This document shows positions 7,847 through 16,920 of a DNA stretch of 64,000 bases, piece after piece (position 1 is the first letter of the stretch; every line of letters begins with the position of its first letter). The notes under the pieces are model-generated. The model had not been told where the DNA came from. It was given only the letters and a program-made list of their open reading frames with translations, and did no database searches. The position numbers were made by a program, and so were the translations under genes. This DNA is from a virus (taxonomy: Duplodnaviria; Caudoviricetes), in the IMG/VR virus record IMGVR_UViG_3300031993_000004, positions 1 through 64,000 of that record, one strand, 5' to 3'.

Positions 7847-10800
7847 TATGCTTTACTCCTTTCATCAGTTTGCGGGTTTTTGTCAAAGAAACCTTCTTGA
7901 ACAGATCCCTCTTCGTCAACATATCGTTGATACATTGATTTCACATACTCGTCAAAAGTTCCGTCGAAATGTTTATTACCGGTTGTATCATAAACATACA
8001 CTGAATTCTTATGATACAACAATGCGTCATCGTGCTGTATTATACCAAACACGATTTCACCGTCGGTATACATTTCATCATCATCAGACCTCGTGTATTG
8101 TGCCACCGTTTGAGCATCTGCGAAGTAGTATGATGTCTCATAACCGTCTTCATCTTTCAGATCAAATTCACCCGCTTTTGCAAGCGTTTGATATTCTTTT
8201 GATTTGAATACCGTGACGAATTCTGATGGAAGCTTTCGACCGAGCCATGCTTCAATGTAGTCGACATTATCCGATGCAGGTGTGGAAAGTTTTGCAGACA
8301 TCTCATCAAATGTCGTACCGAGTTGATGTCTGTCATTGGGCTTATTGCTGAACAGATATGCATTTGACGCGAAGTTGTAAAAGATATAACCATCATCAGA
8401 ACATTTAAACAGTGGAATGTTTGCAGACATGATGGTCATACCTTCCCCCATATCAACAGGGACACCGGACTTCAGTACCGATTTTGGTGTCACAACATGT
8501 GTTATGATAAATATCTTCCCATCAACAGAGAGGAACTTTCCACGCCATTTGTATCCATCGCGGTAACCCTTTGTGAGATATGCTCGCAAATCGGTAGGAA
8601 TAGATCCAGTCATTTTCTCAAGTTTCGAAACAGTTCGGCCGGCCATAGCATCTCCAATCTTGGAGAAGAAACCTTCTTGAACAGTCACGAATTGAGAACG
8701 GTTCTTTGATGTGTCATACCATTCTCCGAGATCATTCATGTCGAGTGTCAATATGTCAAATGAGTTGCTCTGATGTGGAGAAACCAGTCTGGCAGAGAAC
8801 TCGCCGCCGTCAATAGACACTTCGACTTTCAGTTGCACATAACCTGCCGGACGTTTTGTGTCCTTCAGATTCTTGATATGACTGCAGTCTGAATCAAACG
8901 TAATATACGCTTTTGTATCAGACACGATCTCACCAGATGCAGGCGGATACAAAAATTCCAGATAATATTCGTAATGCTCGAAGTTGTCTTGCAATTCAGC
9001 TTCGTCAGCATTGTCCGTCTTTTCTCCTGTCATGTACTCATAGAGTTTGTTGAGAGCATTCTGACGAAGGCCATTGTCCAAGCAATACGGATATACGATC
9101 TTTCTCAAAATCGAATCCTTTGCACCTGAACCAACGGCAGGACTGAATAATGCCTGAATTATCAGTACCTGATCGCGGGACATCTTATCCGGGCATTTGA
9201 TAGGAATATCATATCCTCTGGAATCCGATACAGGACCAACGCCAAACACGGTTTGTTCCTGAACCGGTTTTCCCATCTTCTGTTCAACAACCATAAGAAC
9301 GCCAGACGCTTCAGAGACGAACGCTTGGATCATTCTCTTGACTGTCATAATACTGCCTGGATCAATATCTGCCCGAAGCATTTTACTCAGATCGGACAGA
9401 CAGTGATTCAGTTTCAAGAGTTGTTTGCGTTCAGTCTCATTGAAAACATTCTTCATGGTTGATGCATGATGGACGACACGATTGAGTTTCCATCCTTCTT
9501 TTCTGAATTCAGAACAGATCTTCTCAATGTCCATATCGGAGCTATTTAATATGCCGAGCGCTTTTCTGAGGTGAATATCCAGCTCCTTGTTAATATTACC
9601 TCGCGTCAGAAAAAAAGCTTCTTGCTCCACACTCGGTGCCGCGCCATCTGCAGGCGGGACGTCAGAATCGATCGGTGGTTGGACATTTGTATCAGCATTC
9701 TGCAGGAATTCCTTCAGCTGATCCATTGGCATGCCCTTGATCTTCTCCTGTGCTTGCGCCAGAATCTCGTCCATTGACATATTGTCAAAGTCAAGATCCG
9801 ACGTTGCAGGAGGCTCATCCATAGGTGCCTCTTCGGAACCGGCATCACCGATTTCTGCATCCAGGTCAGCTTCAGTCGGTGCGGCTTCGTCGCCACCGAG
9901 ATCTGCGTCAACGCCATCGATGTTCACGTCATTTTCAGCGTTTGCATCATTCTGGGTTTCATCAGCAACCTTCTCTGCAATCTGGTCGGAAACGTTGTTT
10001 GTATCAACGATTTCCTTGTTTTCGGTTCCATCAGCAGGTGCTTCTGCAGTAGGATCACCTTCGATTGGAGGTGCTGCAGCATCAGGAGCGGCTCCATCGA
10101 CAGGTGGAGTAGCATTTGGATCGGCAGGTGCACCATCAGGAGGAGGTGCATCGAATGACACAGCCGGTGCATCAGGATTTGCAGCCGGAGCTTCGTCAGG
10201 ATTGCCGAAATCAATTGCTTCCTGAACGAATCTGCTCGGGCGACGGTATGGAGTCTTCTCCCGTGCTGCTTTCGCTCTGAGTGCATCACCTTTCTGCATG
10301 CAATCGAGACCGCGAACCGCAGAGATATCCATTTCGGAAACAACTGCGTCACCGCCTCTGCTGAGCTTAGACCATCCGACATATACAACATCGGAAGTTC
10401 CATCGATTTCACACTCGATTGTGACACAGAGATGGTCACCAGGATCGGTCGGAACGATCATCTTGGTCGGAGTAATGAAACTCCAGATGTCTTCTGCAGA
10501 AGTTGCGCCGACTTGTTTGCCGAACTTTTCGAAGACAGCTTCTTGAATGGTCTGTTGACCCTCTTCCTTGAAAGCAGTGACACTGTCAAGCTGCTTCTTC
10601 AGAATCTGATCGTTCTTATCGGTTTGGAATTCGATTCCGAGTTTTGCGGAAAGGCTGTTTCCGTTCAACTGACCGCATTCCATAATGAATCTGGAAGGGA
10701 CACGATCGTCTGTCATGTCAATATGGTCGAAGCCATAGAAACCTTCCTGAATGCAGTATTTTTTGTATGCTGCAAACTTCTCCTGAGCTATGCCACGGCA

Positions 10801-11196
10801 CCGCTCTGAGAATGCATCATCCGGTTCACGCATGAACTGTGTTGTCGTTGCAACGGCTTCCTGATAGAAGTCATCGACAGTCTTCATGGTGGTGTAATCA
10901 TCCATTTCCTGGACAGTAGCATCGCCGGGAACATTGGTGAGACGACCAGACATGAGATCGACTTCAACAGATGTGATCTCAACGTCATCCTCAAGCGGAA
11001 TGTCGATCTTCGTGAACGGGCGGTCACTGCCTGCTTCTGTGCCCGCCATGCTCAGGTCATCGAGCTCTTGGAACAGATGTGCACATTCCAACACAGCGTC
11101 GGTCATTTGTGCTTCTTCTTGAACAGCTTCGAATGCTTGTGCTGCTTTGGCTTCATTCGCACGAGATTCAAGCTGCTGTCTGATATATCCAAGCAT
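7846..11196 (-). CDS. large putative internal head polyprotein with two C-terminal SUKH (SMI1/KNR4)-like domains
   Basis: about ten hydrophobic-Q-E motifs; long D/E/P/A linker; LEKMTGSIPTDLRAYL...TTFDEM and IEAWLGRKLPSEFVTVF...GTFDEYV; AAAGGAG RBS before ATG 11196. Confidence 0.7.
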   Translation of the reverse strand: MLGYIRQQLESRANEAKAAQAFEAVQEEAQMTDAVLECAHLFQELDDLSMAGTEAGSDRPFTKIDIPLEDDVEITSVEVDLMSGRLTNVPGDATVQEMDDYTTMKTVDDFYQEAVATTTQFMREPDDAFSERCRGIAQEKFAAYKKYCIQEGFYGFDHIDMTDDRVPSRFIMECGQLNGNSLSAKLGIEFQTDKNDQILKKQLDSVTAFKEEGQQTIQEAVFEKFGKQVGATSAEDIWSFITPTKMIVPTDPGDHLCVTIECEIDGTSDVVYVGWSKLSRGGDAVVSEMDISAVRGLDCMQKGDALRAKAAREKTPYRRPSRFVQEAIDFGNPDEAPAANPDAPAVSFDAPPPDGAPADPNATPPVDGAAPDAAAPPIEGDPTAEAPADGTENKEIVDTNNVSDQIAEKVADETQNDANAENDVNIDGVDADLGGDEAAPTEADLDAEIGDAGSEEAPMDEPPATSDLDFDNMSMDEILAQAQEKIKGMPMDQLKEFLQNADTNVQPPIDSDVPPADGAAPSVEQEAFFLTRGNINKELDIHLRKALGILNSSDMDIEKICSEFRKEGWKLNRVVHHASTMKNVFNETERKQLLKLNHCLSDLSKMLRADIDPGSIMTVKRMIQAFVSEASGVLMVVEQKMGKPVQEQTVFGVGPVSDSRGYDIPIKCPDKMSRDQVLIIQALFSPAVGSGAKDSILRKIVYPYCLDNGLRQNALNKLYEYMTGEKTDNADEAELQDNFEHYEYYLEFLYPPASGEIVSDTKAYITFDSDCSHIKNLKDTKRPAGYVQLKVEVSIDGGEFSARLVSPHQSNSFDILTLDMNDLGEWYDTSKNRSQFVTVQEGFFSKIGDAMAGRTVSKLEKMTGSIPTDLRAYLTKGYRDGYKWRGKFLSVDGKIFIITHVVTPKSVLKSGVPVDMGEGMTIMSANIPLFKCSDDGYIFYNFASNAYLFSNKPNDRHQLGTTFDEMSAKLSTPASDNVDYIEAWLGRKLPSEFVTVFKSKEYQTLAKAGEFDLKDEDGYETSYYFADAQTVAQYTRSDDDEMYTDGEIVFGIIQHDDALLYHKNSVYVYDTTGNKHFDGTFDEYVKSMYQRYVDEEGSVQEGFFDKNPQTDERSKA
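7886..8684. repeat. 19-nt direct repeats AAGAAACCTTCTTGAACAG at 7886-7904 and 8666-8684
   Basis: identical sequence 780 nt apart, both encoding VQEGF on the minus strand. Confidence 0.9.
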
Positions 11197-11279
11197 AATG
11201 AAAATTCTCCTTTGCAAAAATTTTTTATAAATAGACACACATATCGTTTTTTGGCATACCGATGTGATGTCTCTATTTA

Positions 11280-11426
11280 TTATAATAGAACACCCATTGT
11301 TTCCTTAAAAATCTCTGAAACCATTTCGGGTGTTAACTCTGAAATACCGAGCTCTTCCAATTCGAGATCTCCCTCAATAGTGGTCCCGTTAATGGACGGC
11401 TTGTTCTCGAGTTCATTATAATCCAT
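11280..11426 (-). CDS. 48-aa microprotein MDYNELENKPSINGTTIEGD...
   Basis: GGAGGTG RBS; DYNxLxNKPSING motif of the kind seen in phage structural/fibre proteins. Confidence 0.65.
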   Translation of the reverse strand: MDYNELENKPSINGTTIEGDLELEELGISELTPEMVSEIFKETMGVLL

Positions 11427-11453
11427 AAGGCACCTCCAGAAAGGAATGATGAT

Positions 11454-13382
11454 ATGAATCCATATAAAGAGTATTTGGACAGAGTGTTCACAACGTATAT
11501 GACAATACATCCGGACCGAAATCCGGATAAGGTCAGACGCCATATACAAGAACTGACGGACAGACATTTCAAAGATATCCCATGCCAGTTGAATAACAAT
11601 ATCACACACGAGACGATTGATACGACAGTGTGTGCGACATTCGATTGGATTGAGCAACGTTCACCGATCATTACAGGAAATGGAACGTTCTTCAAACAGC
11701 ATGAAGAATATCTCGCACCGATCGTGGTCATGCTTGAAACACTTCAGGCTGAACGCAAAGGCGTAAAGAAAGAAATGTACAAGCACGACAAAAAATCGGT
11801 TGAATATGCTCTGCTGAATACAGAGCAAGGATCGATCAAGGTCATTATGAATGCTGACTACGGCGGGTCTGGAACGACGTTGTCACCATTCTATTCATGT
11901 TATATCCCGCCTGCAACGACGGGCTCTGCAAAGGTTATGACCACAACCTTAATCTGCTGTTTGGAGATGCTCTCTGGCAATCAGAACAAGTGGGCAAAGA
12001 TTCAAAATATCAATGGTTTGTATGATTTCATCCATATCGTTTTGACAGATAATGAAGAACGTCCAACAGCAATCAACGATACATTTACAATCGATGAGGT
12101 GTGCGAAGCATTGATTGGATTCGTGAATGACTACTCGTTGGAAGACATCAAATATTTGAAGGCATTTCTGTTTGCATTGACCCCTGCACAGCGCACAAAA
12201 CTGCGGTTGGCATTCCAGGTCAAGTTTGTACTGACCGAATATCTTCAGAATGAGATTGATGATGTGATGACATATCTGAAGGCGAATCGTCTGAATTGGT
12301 CAAACATCTCGAAAGAGACATTGGCAATCTCCGGTTTTGGCACAGACATTCCTGCGGAAATCAAATCACAAATGGATCATATCAGCAAGGTTGTGTTGGA
12401 CAATTGTTGCTATCCATTCATCCTGAATGATAATGAAGTTCGTGCGGCAGAAATGGAACGTGTCATTGTTTGCGTTACTGATACAGATTCACTGATGGTT
12501 CATTTCGCAAACTATCTTGATGAATTCCATGCGCGTGTTGAGAATTTCCGTGATAGCTGTATCATCGCATCTGCCCTTGGAATGAGGTTGTTCGTTGAAA
12601 ATATCATTCCGAGAATGGTCCGTTATCTGACAATTGGGTGTAATATTAAAGATGAATACTATCGTAAGAAGTTTGTCTTTAAGAATGAATTCGGATTCTT
12701 GGCACAAGCATTAATTGCAAAGAAGATGTATGCTTCTGCAATGTTTGTGCAAGAAGGTTCTCCGCGTGATATTCATGATATTGCGGTATCAGGTTTGTCA
12801 TTTAAGAAGCGCGACTCCGCAGAATTCCTTGAGGAGATCATGGTGCATCTTTATGATAAATACATTCTCACACCTGATCATGTATCTGTCGAAGGTATCA
12901 TGGATGAATATTATGCGTTGAGAGAACGTCTGAAAGGAGAACTCGATCACAATCCAAAATATTATCAGGTACTTGGATTGAAAGATGTATCTGCATATGA
13001 TGCAAACAAAATCCTTCCGGAGCAAATGCGTGGTGCTTTGGTATGGAATGAACTGTTCCCGGATGAGCAACTGCTTCCGATGGACCGTGTTATCGTTGTT
13101 CGGTTATCATTCGAAAAAATGCAACAACACGCATCTGAAGATCCAAAGATTGCAGAAGTGTTGAGAATGTCTTTGGTCAATAATGAGAAGATGAAAGATA
13201 CACCTTTCATCTGTCTGCCCGAACACTATCATGAGATCCCGGATTGGATCAGTCTGATCATTGATAAAGATGGTATGGTTGATAAACTCCTGACACCATT
13301 CAAACAACTGCTGAGTTTGTTTGATATCATGGTCGCTGATACAAAGGCTGGTTCGATTTCGTCTCGGATGATGTGTTTATAA
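11454..13382 (+). CDS. family B DNA polymerase, catalytic half of a split phiKZ-type polymerase
   Basis: motif B KVIMNADYG, motif C VTDTDS, KNEF...KKMY; no exonuclease domain or motif A visible. Confidence 0.85.
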   Translation: MNPYKEYLDRVFTTYMTIHPDRNPDKVRRHIQELTDRHFKDIPCQLNNNITHETIDTTVCATFDWIEQRSPIITGNGTFFKQHEEYLAPIVVMLETLQAERKGVKKEMYKHDKKSVEYALLNTEQGSIKVIMNADYGGSGTTLSPFYSCYIPPATTGSAKVMTTTLICCLEMLSGNQNKWAKIQNINGLYDFIHIVLTDNEERPTAINDTFTIDEVCEALIGFVNDYSLEDIKYLKAFLFALTPAQRTKLRLAFQVKFVLTEYLQNEIDDVMTYLKANRLNWSNISKETLAISGFGTDIPAEIKSQMDHISKVVLDNCCYPFILNDNEVRAAEMERVIVCVTDTDSLMVHFANYLDEFHARVENFRDSCIIASALGMRLFVENIIPRMVRYLTIGCNIKDEYYRKKFVFKNEFGFLAQALIAKKMYASAMFVQEGSPRDIHDIAVSGLSFKKRDSAEFLEEIMVHLYDKYILTPDHVSVEGIMDEYYALRERLKGELDHNPKYYQVLGLKDVSAYDANKILPEQMRGALVWNELFPDEQLLPMDRVIVVRLSFEKMQQHASEDPKIAEVLRMSLVNNEKMKDTPFICLPEHYHEIPDWISLIIDKDGMVDKLLTPFKQLLSLFDIMVADTKAGSISSRMMCL

Positions 13383-13400
13383 TGAAAGGAGTATAATCGA

Positions 13401-13964
13401 ATGCTTGATGAAATTTACGTATGGATGGAATCATACGCGGGCGTATCATTTGAATTTGAGGAAACGATTGCGGCGGTCTCTGGGACTACCGCGATCGTCG
13501 ACCCATATGGATGGTATTCGGCATTAACAGTCACATTGTGTCAACTTGACGATGCATGTGATATCATCGACATGTACCAATCCGCAATTCCTGATAATCT
13601 TCCCACTCGTAAGAAGATGAAACGTGCTATCACGGAGAATGTGCTCGGATTGATGGTCGAAAATATCCGCAGTGTCTGTTCTCAATTGAACATCGAACCG
13701 GTTGAGATTAAGACAACTGATATCTTGAAAGAGATCATCGAAACTATGTATGAGCTTCTGAACATGTTGAACACATACTCGATCGATGAAATCATCAAGA
13801 ATAATCTTTATGTGACCCATGAAGAGGAAAACGATGATTCGTTTGCAAATATGCTGAATATCATGAAGGAAGATATGGTACAGCTTGCGACGAATACAAA
13901 AGCAATCCGTGATCAATATTATGAGGCGCAGGATACTGCTGAAGAGCTGGGTGAAATTGACTAA
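13401..13964 (+). CDS. hypothetical acidic protein in replication operon
   Basis: GAAAGGAG RBS. Confidence 0.75.
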   Translation: MLDEIYVWMESYAGVSFEFEETIAAVSGTTAIVDPYGWYSALTVTLCQLDDACDIIDMYQSAIPDNLPTRKKMKRAITENVLGLMVENIRSVCSQLNIEPVEIKTTDILKEIIETMYELLNMLNTYSIDEIIKNNLYVTHEEENDDSFANMLNIMKEDMVQLATNTKAIRDQYYEAQDTAEELGEID

Positions 13965-13996
13965 ATTTGGACAATAATATTGTTCTAAATGGTGTC

Positions 13997-14008
13997 AACA
14001 TTAACATA
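13997..14008 (+). promoter_or_regulatory. putative nvRNAP promoter AACA-N6-TA
   Basis: AACATTAACATA upstream of RBS. Confidence 0.5.
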
Positions 14009-14035
14009 CATTATTTTGAAAGGAGAGTGGCTTCA

Positions 14036-14617
14036 ATGCCGTTCCAAAATTCAGGTTTCAATAACCAAAACTCATCCTCTGGTGAGAAGAAGAAGACCAA
14101 TTGGCCGGTTGGCAGACTGTTCTGTTCTGATGCTGTGATGAATCTTAGCATCTGGAATTCTGATTCCGCAGTCTACACCATATTCGCAATCAAGGAGGCG
14201 CGTGGTAAGGACCCGTCTACCGGTGCGAATATCTATGAGCAGAAAATGCCAAACGAACTCCCGCGCGTATTCATGAACCCTGAAGCGCTCCGTGGTTTTA
14301 TCGAAGGCGCTAAGGCACTCGACATCACAACAAACACAACGGTGCAGGTTCCGCAGAAGAATGGTTCCAAGATCACGATCACTACCAATGACTCTCAAGT
14401 CAAGATCACGCTTGAGACTCAGAAGCAGGGCTCTCGTACGGCAACCTTTGAGCCGGTCCCGTTCGGCGCAACAAAGGTCAACGCACAGTGGAAGAACATG
14501 CTGACGCTGCTTGATATTGCCATGAAGAAGGCGCTCTTTGCAAAGCTTGATCCGGAAGAGTTTGCGATGGCAATGGGTGGCAACAACGGCGACGGTGACG
14601 AAGAGGTCCCGATCTGA
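14036..14617 (+). CDS. putative single-stranded DNA-binding protein
   Basis: beta-rich body, acidic tail GDGDEEVPI (cf. SSB DDDIPF), near DNA polymerase. Confidence 0.55.
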   Translation: MPFQNSGFNNQNSSSGEKKKTNWPVGRLFCSDAVMNLSIWNSDSAVYTIFAIKEARGKDPSTGANIYEQKMPNELPRVFMNPEALRGFIEGAKALDITTNTTVQVPQKNGSKITITTNDSQVKITLETQKQGSRTATFEPVPFGATKVNAQWKNMLTLLDIAMKKALFAKLDPEEFAMAMGGNNGDGDEEVPI

Positions 14618-15231
14618 TGATTGATTTCTCCAACATTGGACAAGAAGCTTTCGTGATTCAGTACGAAGATCTCATATCGCTGATCGGATTAAACGTCGTC
14701 CGCTATATCAGATCGAAACAAGGTCTGCCTTCAACGGATGAATTGACCCTCGAATATTGTAATCGTACAGATTATGACATCGAGAAGTTTGTTCGAGAGC
14801 ATGATGTGATCGGCTGTGAGTTTCCTATAACGGAGATGTACAAATCTCCGATTGCGTGTCGCCCGAACTTGGCGTATGCGTTTAAGATAATGGAAGCGGC
14901 TGCGCGAAATGGAATTCGTCGGTTTGTGATTCATTCAAATGAATATTCACCTGCCATCGAGAAAATTGTCAATGCATTGGAGATCAAAGTAACGTATAAG
15001 CACGGGGATATCGTCCCCGTGCTGAATGCGTTACCCAACTGCACATATACAACATCTGATCCGAATAATATTCGGAAGTGTAAGGATGTTGATGCTCCAT
15101 TCGCATTGACGATTGTCGACGACTTCCAATATGTTGCACCATTCGTGTTGGATCAATCGTTCGTTGAAGAGCTCAGAAAGAGAGGAAAGTATGTCCAGTT
15201 CACCGGCGTGATATCCGCCGGAATTATCTGA
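14617..15231 (+). CDS. hypothetical protein, possibly degenerate HAD-like fold
   Basis: coupled ORF; alpha/beta pattern, LTIVDD. Confidence 0.5.
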   Translation: MIDFSNIGQEAFVIQYEDLISLIGLNVVRYIRSKQGLPSTDELTLEYCNRTDYDIEKFVREHDVIGCEFPITEMYKSPIACRPNLAYAFKIMEAAARNGIRRFVIHSNEYSPAIEKIVNALEIKVTYKHGDIVPVLNALPNCTYTTSDPNNIRKCKDVDAPFALTIVDDFQYVAPFVLDQSFVEELRKRGKYVQFTGVISAGII

Positions 15232-15265
15232 TATCACTTCATTCAGTCAGGAGGTTGAAGACACT

Positions 15266-16900
15266 ATGACCGAGCCGCCCAACAAAACCCTGTTGTACCT
15301 GTATGATCCTGATGAAACGTATGAGTACAATGCTGCCCACGGAACGGAATATCCGTATAATGGTTTCCCAACGGGTCAATATGGACGAAAGTACAAGAAG
15401 ACCCGATTCATAAATTGGGAACCTATTCCGGAAGACATTATTATCAGACATAATGGTTCGCAAATCTTTGTGAACTTCTCGGCATTATTCCCGAACAACG
15501 TAATCGATCCTGCCATCCAGCTGTTCCAAATGAGAACACGTCGTCTGGATTTACAGAATCTGATTTGTGAACAGATCAATTTCTTCACGGCATTATATGA
15601 CCCTGATAATGATCTGATTACAAGTATGCTTGTTGCGAAGTACCTGACAGATTCGCAAACATATACAATCGTGACATTTGAAGAATATCAGCAAAAGCTG
15701 TTCGACATTCTGTTCCCTGAATGGACCATTGCTAGAATTCGAAAGATGGTTGAAGAAAACGACGTTGGCGACGATGTCAAAGGTTTGTTCCCCGAAGATA
15801 TGCCGCGAGATATCTTTATCGTGTCCTTCATGATCAAAGTCATGCATATTTTCATCGAGCACTTCATCATTTCAACAGGTAATTCTCCGAAAGACCTGTA
15901 CGAGTTATTCGCAATGGCATTCACAAATATCATGAATCATATCAATCCGAACATCTATGTTCTGTTGTATGATTACGTGAATTCATCCGTTGTACAATCA
16001 TGCTCATCAAATGCGAACATTTATGACATGCAAGCAATTGATGGTGTGACGATTCCGACAACCACACTCTATGTGATGAGAAAGAGTTTGTTGTGTGACG
16101 GTTTAATCAAATTGACATTTGCTTCGGCATGGGACAAAGTCCAAAAGAGACCCACATTCTCTTGTGTCGGTTTGATCAAAGCAATCATTACGCAGGCATC
16201 GTTCGTCACAAGAAAGGTCCAGCTCAGATACTCGCTGGTCAATGTTGATGATATCTCCCAGCTGCTCCCGGACCAGATCTCGAACAATTCACCGATTTCA
16301 ATGATTCGGTCGTTCAACCCTGGAGAGTATTCGTGCGTATACATTGATCTGAAGGTTATCATCGGACAAGTCGCAAAAGAAATCGATCTGTCTCCTGTTG
16401 ACTTCTATCTTGAGAATCTTCCGCAGATGAATGACCTTTCCAAAGTGCTTGTCGAAGCCGTTTTGTACAATAAATTCCATTCCAGCATTTCGATCAATAT
16501 TCTGTCAATGAAGCAAAAGTATATTCTGCTTCTGTATGTTCGCCATCTGATCATGCAGATCTATTCTTTGACGGAGGAAGACACGAAATCGAACCCGCTG
16601 ATCAGTATGTTGATGGCAAAGACTGTCACGCATACGACGAAGACGTTGACCGCAAAGGATTTGAATTCTATCAAGAAATTCGTGAAGCTGAATAATCTCC
16701 GCGAATTCTTGTTGAGTGAAAAGAATGTGACGACGTTTATCGAGTCTATCGTCCATTCCGTTCTTTCATCATATACGATCGTGAATCACAATGATCCATC
16801 TCTGTTGAACACTCCGCTCCAGTATGATGCAAATAACATGACACTGGATTTGCTTGACATGTGTGTTTCATTGTTTGATTATATCACGAATCCTCAATAA
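15266..16900 (+). CDS. hypothetical 544-aa helical protein; candidate nvRNAP promoter-specificity (sigma-like) subunit
   Basis: AGGAGG RBS; size and position just before beta-prime; function is inference only. Confidence 0.4.
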   Translation: MTEPPNKTLLYLYDPDETYEYNAAHGTEYPYNGFPTGQYGRKYKKTRFINWEPIPEDIIIRHNGSQIFVNFSALFPNNVIDPAIQLFQMRTRRLDLQNLICEQINFFTALYDPDNDLITSMLVAKYLTDSQTYTIVTFEEYQQKLFDILFPEWTIARIRKMVEENDVGDDVKGLFPEDMPRDIFIVSFMIKVMHIFIEHFIISTGNSPKDLYELFAMAFTNIMNHINPNIYVLLYDYVNSSVVQSCSSNANIYDMQAIDGVTIPTTTLYVMRKSLLCDGLIKLTFASAWDKVQKRPTFSCVGLIKAIITQASFVTRKVQLRYSLVNVDDISQLLPDQISNNSPISMIRSFNPGEYSCVYIDLKVIIGQVAKEIDLSPVDFYLENLPQMNDLSKVLVEAVLYNKFHSSISINILSMKQKYILLLYVRHLIMQIYSLTEEDTKSNPLISMLMAKTVTHTTKTLTAKDLNSIKKFVKLNNLREFLLSEKNVTTFIESIVHSVLSSYTIVNHNDPSLLNTPLQYDANNMTLDLLDMCVSLFDYITNPQ

Positions 16901-16920
16901 AGAGAAAGGCGAGAATACAT

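Noticed and set aside
9650-10210. Repetitive Pro/Ala/Asp-rich DNA as a repeat array
   Set aside because: Low-complexity protein linker with no fixed-period DNA repeat or spacers.
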